Positions 8,144-17,771 of a stretch of 46,651 nt of DNA are shown one piece after another. The DNA comes from Candidatus Woesearchaeota archaeon (GTDB taxonomy: Archaea > Nanobdellota > Nanobdellia > SCGC-AAA011-G17 > ARS1403): assembly GCA_964367085.1 (NCBI GenBank), contig CAYIWL010000001.1, forward strand, positions 1-46,651, given 5' to 3'. Position numbers and translations under genes: made by a program. Positions within the stretch are counted from its first letter, which is position 1, and each line of letters begins with the position of its first letter. Below the pieces are notes generated by a model. The model ran no database searches. It was not told the DNA's origin and worked only from the letters and a program-made list of their open reading frames with translations.

Positions 8144-8317
8144 TTATAAGCTTTGTGATGGTTGGCTTTGCTTGTATGCCCTTCTGTATTTTCCAAATTT
8201 ATCTTCTGGCGAGAATTTTGCCGGTTTTGGGGAAATTGTCTTGCCGTCGCATTTAGGACAATGATCCTTTAATGTGTAAGAATTACATTTTTGGCACTTA
8301 AGTATTTCTTTTGTCAT
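8144..8317 (-). CDS. nop10: Ribosome biogenesis protein Nop10 (H/ACA RNP component), 57 aa, absent from the ORF track
   Basis: Hand translation of the minus strand gives MTKEILKCQKCNSYTLKDHCPKCDGKTISPKPAKFSPEDKFGKYRRAYKQSQPSQSL. This matches the archaeal Nop10 zinc ribbon and the PKP.KFSPEDK.GKYRR signature. It overlaps the aIF2-alpha 3' end by 20 nt. Confidence 0.88.
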   Translation of the reverse strand: MTKEILKCQKCNSYTLKDHCPKCDGKTISPKPAKFSPEDKFGKYRRAYKQSQPSQSL

Positions 8318-9080
8318 CTCTTTCTATTTTGAAAATACCTTTGTCTTTTATCATGGTTGAGCCTATAGATTCTACTTCTGAAAGACGCTTCTCTGCAGTT
8401 TTGTAATCATCTGCTGTTAATGTAAGCCTGTATTTTGGAGCACCGAGGTAAATTATCCTTGTTCCGTTAACCTGAATCTTTTTCAGCAAATCTTTTATCA
8501 CTACTATTCCATTTGAGAGCGTTGAGGATAGAGTTATTGTTGCAGAGATTTTTACTTCTTTTTTCTTGACTTTTTCTTGGACAAGTTCGAGAAATGCTTT
8601 TTCTACTTTCTTATCTAGTTTTAACGTGCTGATCACTTTTGGATCTGCAATTATCTCTTCGTAAGCCTCGTACAATGAATTGTATTTTTCTATCAAGTTG
8701 TTTCCAATCAGCTTATATGCTTCTTCTAATGAAATTTCTAATCTCTTTGAAAGAACTTCTAAAATCTTTTCAGCTTTTTGCTCCTGCTTGTAAGCAGTAT
8801 TCTTGTTTATCCTTTGGGATTGAGTAACTCTTCTTAACGACAGATCAATATGATTCCTTTCTATGTTTATTTTTAGAATCTTGCAGACTATCTTCTTTCC
8901 TTCTTTTACAAAGTCGCGAATATTTCTGACTCTTCCTGGAGAAATTTCTGAGATGTGGATTAAGCCTTCTTTATCTTTATACTCGTCGAGGCCTACGAAA
9001 ACTCCGTGCGGAAGAATTTTTTTTACCGTGCAAATCACGATTTCATTCTCTTCGGGCAAGCCTTTTTTTTGATAGAACAT
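8298..9080 (-). CDS. eif2a: Translation initiation factor aIF2 alpha subunit
   Basis: It has an S1 domain (GLPEENEIVICTVKKILPHGVFVGLDEY...EGLIHISEISPGRVRNIRDFVKEGKKIVCKIL), the expected size, and the expected operon position after S27e. Confidence 0.9.
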   Translation of the reverse strand: MFYQKKGLPEENEIVICTVKKILPHGVFVGLDEYKDKEGLIHISEISPGRVRNIRDFVKEGKKIVCKILKINIERNHIDLSLRRVTQSQRINKNTAYKQEQKAEKILEVLSKRLEISLEEAYKLIGNNLIEKYNSLYEAYEEIIADPKVISTLKLDKKVEKAFLELVQEKVKKKEVKISATITLSSTLSNGIVVIKDLLKKIQVNGTRIIYLGAPKYRLTLTADDYKTAEKRLSEVESIGSTMIKDKGIFKIERDDKRNT

Positions 9081-9266
9081 TTATTCCAAAACCTCTAGAA
9101 TTTGGGTTTTTATTTTTCCTTTTCCGCCCGTGGGTTCTGCTAGGATTGTACTGCAGACTAAACAAATTATTTTTGAAGAGGGCTTTCCGAATACAACCTG
9201 CTCATTCTTGCAGTTTGCGCAACGTATCTTAATGAATTTGCTACTTGGCTCTTTTACTGCTCTCAT
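9081..9266 (-). CDS. rps27e: Ribosomal protein S27e
   Basis: The 61-aa product has a C4 zinc ribbon (IRCANCKNEQVVFGKPSSKIICLVC) and lies between L44e and aIF2-alpha. Confidence 0.9.
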   Translation of the reverse strand: MRAVKEPSSKFIKIRCANCKNEQVVFGKPSSKIICLVCSTILAEPTGGKGKIKTQILEVLE

Positions 9267-9267
9267 C

Positions 9268-9576
9268 TTATGCGATCTCCAATTTCTTTGTTCTGGTGCC
9301 TGCTCTGGTCATTGTCGACTTGTTGCATACTTTGCATGTATATTTCAAATAAGTTTTTTTTGAGGTTTTTGCTCCTGTCATTTTTGGCTTTGTCGGTTTT
9401 GAACCCCATCTTCCTTTATTGCCGTAGCCAACTCCTCTCCCTCTTTTCATCGCTCTTTGAATTGAACCTCGCCTTAATGAACCTCTTTTTGTTCCTGTCT
9501 TCAGCTGGGTAACTTTTTGCTCTGTATGTTTTCTGCAGCTTGGACAGAATCTTTTTTGTGTTTTAGGAATTTTCAT
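9268..9576 (-). CDS. rpl44e: Ribosomal protein L44e (eL42)
   Basis: The product is very basic and reads KRFCPSCRKHTEQKVTQLKTGTKRGSL...KYTCKVCNKS. The gene order L44e-S27e-aIF2a-Nop10 is the classic one. Confidence 0.9.
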   Translation of the reverse strand: MKIPKTQKRFCPSCRKHTEQKVTQLKTGTKRGSLRRGSIQRAMKRGRGVGYGNKGRWGSKPTKPKMTGAKTSKKTYLKYTCKVCNKSTMTRAGTRTKKLEIA

Positions 9577-9664
9577 TTCAATTCTTTTTCTTCGGAGTGT
9601 TTTTAAGCTTTTTTAAAATCGGATAGAAAGGTTTAAATACATGAGTTCATGACATCATGAGAAA

Positions 9665-9919
9665 ATGCTAACAAAATTAACTAAAGGACAGCAGTTGACG
9701 ATACCTGCAATTTACAGACATAAGCTTGGAATAGATGAGAATACTGTGCTTGATATTGACTTGGATGAGAGAAAAAAAAGGCTGATTGTGGAGCCTATCG
9801 GGGTTAAATCTTTGAAGGAGTTATTTGAAGAATGTGATAAGGTTAAGAATAAGACTAATAAAACCATTAGAGAGATTGAGAATGAATACATACGAGACCA
9901 AATGCTTCATGGATACTGA
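9665..9919 (+). CDS. vapB: AbrB/SpoVT-type antitoxin (VapB-like)
   Basis: The N-terminus (TKLTKGQQLTIPAIYRHKLGIDENTVLDIDLDE..LIVEPI) shows the swapped-hairpin pattern, and the gene overlaps the following PIN gene. Confidence 0.65.
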   Translation: MLTKLTKGQQLTIPAIYRHKLGIDENTVLDIDLDERKKRLIVEPIGVKSLKELFEECDKVKNKTNKTIREIENEYIRDQMLHGY

Positions 9920-10298
9920 TATTTTTGTGAATGCTTTTGTCGACCTTGATGAAAGCAAAAAGAGGAATTCCAGGCGTTTACTGGAGGAAGTGAGTAAAGG
10001 ATCTATAAACCTTGTTACTGATTTCCTTGTGCTGGTTGAATCTTTTTATACTATAGAAAAATTCAAGAATGCTACTATTGCTGTCAAGGTTTTGAGGGAA
10101 CTTCTTTCTTTAGGCAGTCTTGAAATTATTCCTATTAACCACACCATTTATTTCGAGTCCCTTAAGAGAGCTGAAAAGTATAAACTGAAATTTAACGATC
10201 TCGTTCATTACACTGTCGCTTTGCTCAATAATGTTTCTGAAATTTATTCTTATGATAAAGACTTTGATAAATTAGAGATTAAGAGAGTTGAGCCGTGA
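9882..10298 (+). CDS. vapC: PIN-domain toxin (VapC-like)
   Basis: The N-terminus FMDTDIFVNAF is PIN-like and later acidic residues are present. The start is either ATG 9882 or ATG 9909. The track start at 9825 is probably too far upstream. Confidence 0.65.
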   Translation: MNTYETKCFMDTDIFVNAFVDLDESKKRNSRRLLEEVSKGSINLVTDFLVLVESFYTIEKFKNATIAVKVLRELLSLGSLEIIPINHTIYFESLKRAEKYKLKFNDLVHYTVALLNNVSEIYSYDKDFDKLEIKRVEP

Positions 10299-11018
10299 TT
10301 ATTTTTTTGCTATTCTCCACAAAATCTCCCAAAAATTCATATAACTCTTTGTTAATTCTTTACCTTCAATTAAAATTCCTATAGGTGGATTAATCCACAT
10401 TATAATTGCGACTTTATCCGCATAAATAAAAGTTGTTGAGGGACTATCATAAACTCTTGGAATGTATTTAACATCTGAAAAGATAACTGGATTTTTCTTT
10501 CTTAATTCCCTTAATTTTTCACTGTAAATTACTTTTAATTTTATTTTTTCTTTTTCTCTTTTCTTATTAAATTGTTGAAAATATATTGGTAATGTTTCTT
10601 CATATTTCCCCTGGGCTCCAAATACGTAAACTGTTTGTTTTTCTTTTAACATGTCTTCCATAATCGCTTTGATGCCACTTTTACCCTGAAAAACTCTTAT
10701 TTCATGTTTGTGTATAGATGAATTCTTTTTAGATTCTAGATCTGGAAGGATTTTATTGAAGAGATCTTCTTTTTCTTTTAATATTTTTAGGAAGTAAGAA
10801 GGATCTGTTGCTGCAAAATATTTGTGTTTTCCCTCTATTATGTAAGAAACTAAACCCTTCTCTCCGAGCCTCTTTAGTATATCATAAACATTTACTCTAT
10901 GAATTGGAAGTTTATTTATAATCTCGGTTATAGTTGATGGGCCCTTTTCTAATAAAAATAAATATATCTTTGCTTCATTTTCAGTTAATCCTAGTTCTTG
11001 TAATACCTGAATTTCCAT
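10299..11018 (-). CDS. TrmB-family transcriptional regulator
   Basis: It has an N-terminal winged helix (LGLTENEAKIYLFLLEKGPSTITEIINKLPIHRVNVYDILKRLGEKGLVS) followed by a C-terminal domain of about 150 aa. Confidence 0.7.
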   Translation of the reverse strand: MEIQVLQELGLTENEAKIYLFLLEKGPSTITEIINKLPIHRVNVYDILKRLGEKGLVSYIIEGKHKYFAATDPSYFLKILKEKEDLFNKILPDLESKKNSSIHKHEIRVFQGKSGIKAIMEDMLKEKQTVYVFGAQGKYEETLPIYFQQFNKKREKEKIKLKVIYSEKLRELRKKNPVIFSDVKYIPRVYDSPSTTFIYADKVAIIMWINPPIGILIEGKELTKSYMNFWEILWRIAKK

Positions 11019-11114
11019 ATTTATCCTTTGAAAAAGCTAATTCTTAAATCTTTGGTTTATAGTAATGCATATTACTACATACCTTTAAATTTTGAAGTAG
11101 TGATAAATAATTAA

Positions 11115-11744
11115 ATGAACCCGTATAGAACCCTTGATGATATTATTGGTAGATTCTTGATTTCAACTTCTAGGAGGATATATGATAAAACATGTTTAAA
11201 TGATAGACTCATCGATTTGCATGATAATCAAGAATTATCTTGGATTTACAGTAATTGTGCAAAACTATGCTTATTCGGTGGTGGTCTATTTTCTACGTTT
11301 AATGGATCAAATTGGGAAACTGCCCTCGGATTTTCGGGTTATGTTCTTAATAGTGCTGATGTAGTTTCTTCTTTTGGTTATATGTGTGAGAAAGAAAAGG
11401 TTAGAGACCCGGAAGGTTATAGGAAATTTAGCGAAGAGATGGAAATGGGATTTCAAAAAGACTGGTTATTGAGGAATGGAGGAAAGATTGTCTCCAAAAC
11501 AACGTTTTTTTTTGAATCTATAAGTGGAGCATATAATAATATACAGCAGAAAGTTAGAATGCCAATCTTTTTATCAAGCATATATTATGGGGGTAGAATA
11601 GTGGATGGAGTTTATAATTTCTTTTTTGAAGATGGACATAAATTAAGTGAACTTCCAGATCTGTATGAATTATTTATGGCTTCAGGATTAGCCTCTTGGT
11701 CAAGTGCAATATACTTGAAAGGTTCTGATAAAGAAAAAGATTAA
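11115..11744 (+). CDS. Hypothetical protein
   Basis: The 209-aa ORF carries no motif I recognise. Confidence 0.4.
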   Translation: MNPYRTLDDIIGRFLISTSRRIYDKTCLNDRLIDLHDNQELSWIYSNCAKLCLFGGGLFSTFNGSNWETALGFSGYVLNSADVVSSFGYMCEKEKVRDPEGYRKFSEEMEMGFQKDWLLRNGGKIVSKTTFFFESISGAYNNIQQKVRMPIFLSSIYYGGRIVDGVYNFFFEDGHKLSELPDLYELFMASGLASWSSAIYLKGSDKEKD

Positions 11745-11750
11745 TTCTTT

Positions 11751-12347
11751 TTAACTGTTTTCATGTTGGATCTTTTCCGCTCTGTTTTTGTTTATCAACA
11801 CCTGCGCTGTTTTTTCAGGCAGGTTTGCCACGTCTTCTTTTACAAACGGGCCATAGACGCTGCAGTCAGCCCCTACAAATCTCGGCACTGAGCGCATGAA
11901 TCTTATTAAAGTTGTATTTGTGTTTTCTAAATTTTGATTTTTTAAGACTTTCGATTCTGGTGCTGGCTCGCTTTTTTCCTTAATTGAAAACTGTGTTAGT
12001 GATGAGAGGATTGAGTTGTAAAGGTCTTCTTCATTTTCCAACAGGTTTTTTGCTTCTGTTGCGTTTTCTGTTCTCGAGTTAAGCAATGCCAGATCAAGTA
12101 TTTTCCTCTTTCTTCTCTCTATGATCTCGTTGGCAATCTGCCTTATCGTCTTTAGCTGTTTTTCAGTATTCTTAATCTCCTCCGGGAATGAGTTTTTTTC
12201 TTTTTGCGACTTTAGTATAATCTCTTTCTCTTCCAGATAAGAGGATAACTGCTTTAAAAAACTGGGATCTATCTTCTGCAATTCCTGTCTTGTTTTTTCT
12301 TTTGACAAGATTTCATAAAGGGCTTCGTGGGTTATTATAGAGGACAT
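11751..12347 (-). CDS. GINS-family replication protein (Gins51-like), tentative
   Basis: The N-terminus is helical (LYEILSKEKTRQELQKIDPSFLKQLSSYL). The C-terminal small domain reads IRFMRSVPRFVGADCSVYGPFVKEDVANLPEKTAQVLINKNRAEKI, resembling archaeal Gins51. Confidence 0.5.
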   Translation of the reverse strand: MSSIITHEALYEILSKEKTRQELQKIDPSFLKQLSSYLEEKEIILKSQKEKNSFPEEIKNTEKQLKTIRQIANEIIERRKRKILDLALLNSRTENATEAKNLLENEEDLYNSILSSLTQFSIKEKSEPAPESKVLKNQNLENTNTTLIRFMRSVPRFVGADCSVYGPFVKEDVANLPEKTAQVLINKNRAEKIQHENS

Positions 12348-12408
12348 AATCTTATCTTGCTGCTTAGGATTAAATAAATTTATATAGCGTAGTTATTATT
12401 TTCAAAAG

Positions 12409-13875
12409 ATGCAGGTTAAGAGAAATCATCGGATTTTGATACTGATTTTTCTTGTTGTTTTGTCTGCTGAGCTGTATTTTTCTCTTCAGACGCCTTACTT
12501 AGATAATCAGGGATACTTAATTGAAAGATATACCGAACATATCCTTGAAACCGGGAAGCCGCTTTTTTATGATACGCTAAGTTATAATGGGAGAGATGTA
12601 TTGTATTCTCCGCTCTGGCATTACGTGCTGGCTGTTTTCAGCTTGATGTTTGGAAACTTTGTCTTCAAGTTAGTTCCTGCCTTATTTTCTTCTTCACTTG
12701 TCTTCGTAGTTTATTTACTAAGCAAAAAAATTGTCGACAATGAGGAGCTGGCTTTGTTTATTGCACTCATGAGCGGGTTTATTCCTGTTGTTTTTGTCGA
12801 TTCCTTGATTAGTGCATCAGTCTACAGCCTAGCTATTCCGATAATGTTCTATCTGATATATCTATTTATGGATCTTGATGAGAAGAAGATTGGCGTGTTT
12901 GTTGCACTTTCCTTCTTATTGAGCTTACTGCATCCTGTCTCAATCTTGTTCTCTCTCGGGCTGCTTGTATATTATCTTCTTGGGTTGAGTGAGAACATGA
13001 AAATCTCCAATCTGAATGTGGAGGCGATGGCATTTAATTTTGTCTCTACTTTTTTTATCCAATTTCTGATCTATAAAAAAGCGTTTTTAGAATATGGGTT
13101 TAGTGTTATCTGGCATAATGTTCCGAGCCAGATACTTGGAAGCTATTTTGATTTTGATTTGTTTGGAATGCTGTACAGAGTTGGAGCTCTGACATTGATA
13201 TTTGGACTTATAGGAATAATATGGGGGATGATAAAGAAAAAAGATAGAATCATGCTATTGTGCGGATTTGCTTTGGCAACATTGATACTATTATGGCTCA
13301 GACTTCTTGAACCAACGGTAGGAATGATGTTTTTGAGCGTGGCTTTAATTGTTGCGAGTGCATTTACACTGAACCTTTTCTTGAACTATCTTGGAAAAAC
13401 TAAACTACCTTATTATAGATTAAGCTTTATTATGATTGTGCTTGGATTGATAATATCGAGTCTTGCCGTGCCTAGTTTTGTTCTTGCTTCGAAGCATGTG
13501 AATGATGATGTGCCGAGCGATTATGAGATCTTGGTTTTGAAATGGGTTGAGGAAAATGCGCTGCCTGATGTTACGATAGTTGCTCCCCTTGGAAAGGAAC
13601 ATACTATGACTGCAGTTGCCGGGAAAAGGACTGTGCTCGATGATAACTTCTTATTAGCGCCGGAAACTTCTGAAAGATATAGAGATATTGAAAGACTTTA
13701 TAGTACTAAATCGGAAGTAGAAGCACTTGAGATAATTGCCAGGTATAATATAGATTATGTTTTTATACCTATTGAAACTGAACTGAAATACGGGAAGGTA
13801 AAATGGACAGATGATGAAAGCTGCTTCAGAGGAATCTTTTTTGGAACACCAAAGGTATATCAAGTTATTTGCTAA
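12409..13875 (+). CDS. Polytopic membrane protein with a soluble C-terminal domain, putatively a GT-C-fold glycosyltransferase
   Basis: It has about 11 hydrophobic helices and a C-terminal domain of roughly 110 aa that is homologous to the one in the next ORF (RYNIDYVFIP versus RYQIDYLLLDP). Confidence 0.5.
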   Translation: MQVKRNHRILILIFLVVLSAELYFSLQTPYLDNQGYLIERYTEHILETGKPLFYDTLSYNGRDVLYSPLWHYVLAVFSLMFGNFVFKLVPALFSSSLVFVVYLLSKKIVDNEELALFIALMSGFIPVVFVDSLISASVYSLAIPIMFYLIYLFMDLDEKKIGVFVALSFLLSLLHPVSILFSLGLLVYYLLGLSENMKISNLNVEAMAFNFVSTFFIQFLIYKKAFLEYGFSVIWHNVPSQILGSYFDFDLFGMLYRVGALTLIFGLIGIIWGMIKKKDRIMLLCGFALATLILLWLRLLEPTVGMMFLSVALIVASAFTLNLFLNYLGKTKLPYYRLSFIMIVLGLIISSLAVPSFVLASKHVNDDVPSDYEILVLKWVEENALPDVTIVAPLGKEHTMTAVAGKRTVLDDNFLLAPETSERYRDIERLYSTKSEVEALEIIARYNIDYVFIPIETELKYGKVKWTDDESCFRGIFFGTPKVYQVIC

Positions 13876-15106
13876 ACTCTCGATTTTAATTTTAGCTTTG
13901 GCATTTTTGCTACTTCCTGGAATATTAAGAGAAAGCGAGCTTGCTATCGGAGACAGACCTTATTATCATCTGACTAGAGAGGGAGATACTGATAGAATAG
14001 GCATCGGATGGAACTTTTTACTCAGATATTTTCCGATGAATATTTTACTCCCTGCTATTGGTTTGCTTAGTGTATTTTTTATTTTTTTCAACTTGAAGAT
14101 GCTCAAGCTAGAAGAGCGGTTGCTTGCGACAGGATTCTTTATAATCTCGCCTGCTTTTGTATATCTGTTTAATGTCGGAGAGAGATTTGGGATGGCCTTT
14201 CTCTTTACACTAATTGCTAGTTATTTTCTTCTCGATAAAAAACATTTAATTGCTGGAATTTGTGTCGTTCTTGTTTTCTTATTTGACATTTGGATCGGGG
14301 TTTTTGCAATTGCTATTTTGCTGCTTTATCTTCTTATCAGATATAACAAGAAAAAAATTTTCTATTCGCTTTTAGGTGTGATCTTTCTACTGCTTCTAGT
14401 CCTTGGGAAGTTCAATGCCGGAATTATTTCTGACATGGGTGCTAAAATCGGAAGCAGCGTATTTGCGATCTTATTTGTTGCATTTTGCTTTTTGTTTTTC
14501 TGGGATAGAAAGAGATTTTTTTCATTCTATGCTATTGCTGGATTACTATTCCTCTTCTCTCTGAAAGTTGAATTTGGAATATTCTATTTTGGCTTGTTTT
14601 TGAGCATACTTGTCGGGCTTTGCTTCTTTGAATTGCTAAGGATCAGATGGGAGAGCAAACTAGTGAGAGATTTAATACTGCTCATTTTTGTTTGTGGGTT
14701 GCTGTTTTCAGGATTAAGCTATGCAAATAGGATTAGCAAGGAGAAACCCAATGAAGATATTTTTAATACACTAAGCAGATTGCCTGATGGTGCTGTTGTT
14801 TTCGCCGACCTTGAATACGGAAATTGGATAGATTACAACGGAAAGAAGAGTGTGTGGCACAGCTTGATGGATAGAGATAAGATTGAAACCATTAGAAAAG
14901 ATGTTTCTATCCTCTTAGAATCGAAAGATTATACTAAGACTACAGAAGTCCTTGAGAGATATCAAATTGATTACTTGTTATTAGATCCAGAGTTAAAACA
15001 GAGATGGCATGAATCCGGGCTGATTTATCTTTTGAAATACAACAGCGAGGGCTTTAGATTTTTGTTTGAAGAAAATGGGGTTGAAGTTTGGAGATTCTTT
15101 AGATGA
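13811..15106 (+). CDS. Polytopic membrane protein, paralog of 12409..13875 and also GT-C-like
   Basis: It has about 9 helices plus the homologous C-terminal domain. It overlaps the upstream gene by 65 nt, and its first TM helix needs the upstream ATG. Confidence 0.5.
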   Translation: MMKAASEESFLEHQRYIKLFAKLSILILALAFLLLPGILRESELAIGDRPYYHLTREGDTDRIGIGWNFLLRYFPMNILLPAIGLLSVFFIFFNLKMLKLEERLLATGFFIISPAFVYLFNVGERFGMAFLFTLIASYFLLDKKHLIAGICVVLVFLFDIWIGVFAIAILLLYLLIRYNKKKIFYSLLGVIFLLLLVLGKFNAGIISDMGAKIGSSVFAILFVAFCFLFFWDRKRFFSFYAIAGLLFLFSLKVEFGIFYFGLFLSILVGLCFFELLRIRWESKLVRDLILLIFVCGLLFSGLSYANRISKEKPNEDIFNTLSRLPDGAVVFADLEYGNWIDYNGKKSVWHSLMDRDKIETIRKDVSILLESKDYTKTTEVLERYQIDYLLLDPELKQRWHESGLIYLLKYNSEGFRFLFEENGVEVWRFFR

Positions 15107-15738
15107 GCATTAGCATAATTGTTCCTGTGTACAATGAAGAAAAATACTTAGCAAATACATTAGAAAGGATTAAGGCTCAGAAGTTTAAGGATTATGAATT
15201 AATTGTTGTATGCAATGGATGCACTGATAAGAGTTTTAACATTGCTAAAAAATATGCCGACAAAACCTTTAGCCTGAAGGAGGGAAATGTTTCAAAGGCT
15301 AAGAATTTCGGGGTCGAAAATGCAAAATATGACAAGTTGATTTTTCTTGATGCTGACGTTCTAATAGGGGCGGAATTGCTTGATGCCGTTGATAATCTCT
15401 TGGATGAAGGTGCTTTTTTTGGAACGGCAAAGGGAAAGGGAAAGGGGATTAGGAATAATCTTTATTTAAATTTTAAAAACTTCATAAATAGATTCAGGCC
15501 ATGGAGCCACGGATTTGTTTTCTGCGATAAAAAAAGTTTTTTTGAGATTAATGGCTTTGATGAAAGTTTGACTAGGGGGGAGCTTAGAGATTTTTTTAGC
15601 AGAGCTAAAGGGAAATACAAGAGAATAAATGCTTATGTTGTGCCTGATGATCGAAGGATAAGAAATTGGGGTATATCAAGATTAATTTATTACTGGCTGT
15701 TTGAGAAAAATAAAGAAGAATATCTATCCGTTAGATAA
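15103..15738 (+). CDS. Family 2 glycosyltransferase
   Basis: Motifs are ISIIVPVYNEEKYL, the LIFLDADV DxD motif and an ATGA overlap with the upstream gene. Confidence 0.8.
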   Translation: MSISIIVPVYNEEKYLANTLERIKAQKFKDYELIVVCNGCTDKSFNIAKKYADKTFSLKEGNVSKAKNFGVENAKYDKLIFLDADVLIGAELLDAVDNLLDEGAFFGTAKGKGKGIRNNLYLNFKNFINRFRPWSHGFVFCDKKSFFEINGFDESLTRGELRDFFSRAKGKYKRINAYVVPDDRRIRNWGISRLIYYWLFEKNKEEYLSVR

Positions 15739-16459
15739 ATTTTGAAATTATTTTTATATGGTTCTTATCTAGACCACCCAGTCTGAAGATGATCGCCTCG
15801 GTTATGTTATTTTTCTCTGCTATCTCCAAATCTGCCCTTAATTTTTCCGGAGATAGGGCTGGTTCTTTTCCAGAAATTCCAGTTGCTATTGTGCCGAATG
15901 CAGGAATAAATCTTTCTCCAAATGTTTCTTTATAATCTTTAATTTTATTGTCTAGGAAACTTCTTGGGAAAGGCCACATTGACGTGTAAAACATCTTTAT
16001 CAATCTCGTTTTGTATTTTATTGGATCATAATTTAAACCAAGAAGTTTTAGTGTGCACCTTATGGGGAAATACTCTGCAGTGTATACATTGCTATGATTC
16101 TTTATGAAATTTGTTATCGCTGATTTATTTCTATAAAAGTTGTGGAACTGCGTCAGATAGAGTTTTGAATTTTGTGTTGTTGGCAATTCTAAGTCAATCA
16201 TCACAGAGATGTTTTTTGGAACTTCATTTAAACTTCTCTTCAATGCAGACCTTTTTGAAAATGGCGAGAACCAGTAGCCTTCTTCTTTTTTTAAAACCGG
16301 CCAATAAATGATTTCTTTGATGTTTTTGTTTTTAATCTTTATCTTGTTGAATTCTGACAATGATGGAGAAGCGATATATAGTTTTGTTTTGAAGTTTATC
16401 AATTTGATTTTATCCATATTTTGTTTCGTAGGGAACTCTTCAAAGAAGCTGATCAGCAT
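15731..16459 (-). CDS. Hypothetical protein
   Basis: The 242-aa ORF is convergent with the GT2 gene and carries no motif I recognise. Confidence 0.4.
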   Translation of the reverse strand: MLISFFEEFPTKQNMDKIKLINFKTKLYIASPSLSEFNKIKIKNKNIKEIIYWPVLKKEEGYWFSPFSKRSALKRSLNEVPKNISVMIDLELPTTQNSKLYLTQFHNFYRNKSAITNFIKNHSNVYTAEYFPIRCTLKLLGLNYDPIKYKTRLIKMFYTSMWPFPRSFLDNKIKDYKETFGERFIPAFGTIATGISGKEPALSPEKLRADLEIAEKNNITEAIIFRLGGLDKNHIKIISKFI

Positions 16460-16541
16460 ACTATATTGGTGTTGTTAGTCTATATAAATTCTTAGGAAAG
16501 ATTTAAAAAATTCAAAATGATTGCAGATTCAGAGGTGCTTG

Positions 16542-17765
16542 ATGGAATTCATTACTGGTGTGTATCTGTTTTTTATTTTTGTGAGTCTGTATAGTGTATT
16601 CCTGATTTTGCTCATTTACCTTCGAAACCGTGGCAACCTGTATTTTGAAAAAGAGATTAATGGATTTTATGACATTAGCGTCGTCATTCCAGCATACAAT
16701 AAAGAGGATAGTATCCTTGAAACTGTAAATGCTGTTAAAAACCTCGATTATCCTAAAGACAAAATTGAGATCATTGTAATTGATGATGGAAGCAAGGATA
16801 AAACTGCTGAGATTGTCAGGAAAATTGAAGGGATAAGATTTTTTGAAAAAGGATATAACTCTGGAAAATCGGACAGTGTTAATTTTGGGGTTAAGAATGC
16901 AAGAGGAGAGATAATTGCGGTGATTGATGCAGACTCCTATCCTGAGAAAGATTCTTTTAAGAAAATGATTGGGTACTTTGATGATCTTGAAACAGGGGCT
17001 GTGACTGCCAGCTGCTTTGTAAAAAATACTGGAAAAGCAATTGAAAAATTGCAGGCTATTGAATATTTCTTAATTGCATTTGGCAGGAAGATCTTGGACT
17101 TTGTTGATAGTGTCTATGTAACCCCCGGGAGTTTGAGCATGTACAGGAAAAAACTCCTTGTTGAAGTCGGCGGGTTTGATACAAATAATATTACTGAAGA
17201 CATTGAAATTGCCTGGAAAATTTTGAAAAATAAATATAAAAATAGGATGTGCTTAAGCGCTAGAGTACATACTGATGTTCCTGACACGATGAGAAAATGG
17301 TGGAGGCAGAGATTAAGATGGAACATCGGCGGATTTCAGACAGTGCACAAATATAGGGATAGTTTTTTCAGAAAAAATTTGAAGATGTTTGGGCTTTTTG
17401 TTGTTCCTAGATTTTTTATTTCACATGTGCTGAGCATTACAGGATTTTTTGTTTTTGTTTATGTATTCGGGAGAGGGATATTTCAGAAAGTTACTTATTG
17501 GATTTTTTCTATGCAAAATGGGAATACCATCCTAGAGGTGCCTAGTTTGTTTTTGATTCCAAGTGTTTTTACTTTTTTTATATTCCTCCTTTTTATCTTT
17601 ACGATTGTATTTACCTACATCGGACTTAAGACCATGAATAAGATCAATTTAGGATTCAGAGCTAACTTTATAATCCTATTTTATTTAGTTTTTTATCTGA
17701 CGTTGTATCCATTAGTGCTGCTGCATTCACTTTATCTACTGGCTACGGGCAATATCAAATGGTAA
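16542..17765 (+). CDS. Membrane-integrated, processive-type family 2 glycosyltransferase (NodC/IcaA/cellulose-synthase-like)
   Basis: Motifs are ISVVIPAYNKED, VIDDGSKD, VIDADS, TEDIEIAW and QRLRWNIGG (the QxxRW motif), flanked by TM helices. ATG 16542 is preferred to the track's TTG 16521. Confidence 0.75.
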   Translation: MEFITGVYLFFIFVSLYSVFLILLIYLRNRGNLYFEKEINGFYDISVVIPAYNKEDSILETVNAVKNLDYPKDKIEIIVIDDGSKDKTAEIVRKIEGIRFFEKGYNSGKSDSVNFGVKNARGEIIAVIDADSYPEKDSFKKMIGYFDDLETGAVTASCFVKNTGKAIEKLQAIEYFLIAFGRKILDFVDSVYVTPGSLSMYRKKLLVEVGGFDTNNITEDIEIAWKILKNKYKNRMCLSARVHTDVPDTMRKWWRQRLRWNIGGFQTVHKYRDSFFRKNLKMFGLFVVPRFFISHVLSITGFFVFVYVFGRGIFQKVTYWIFSMQNGNTILEVPSLFLIPSVFTFFIFLLFIFTIVFTYIGLKTMNKINLGFRANFIILFYLVFYLTLYPLVLLHSLYLLATGNIKW

Positions 17766-17771
17766 ATTAAT

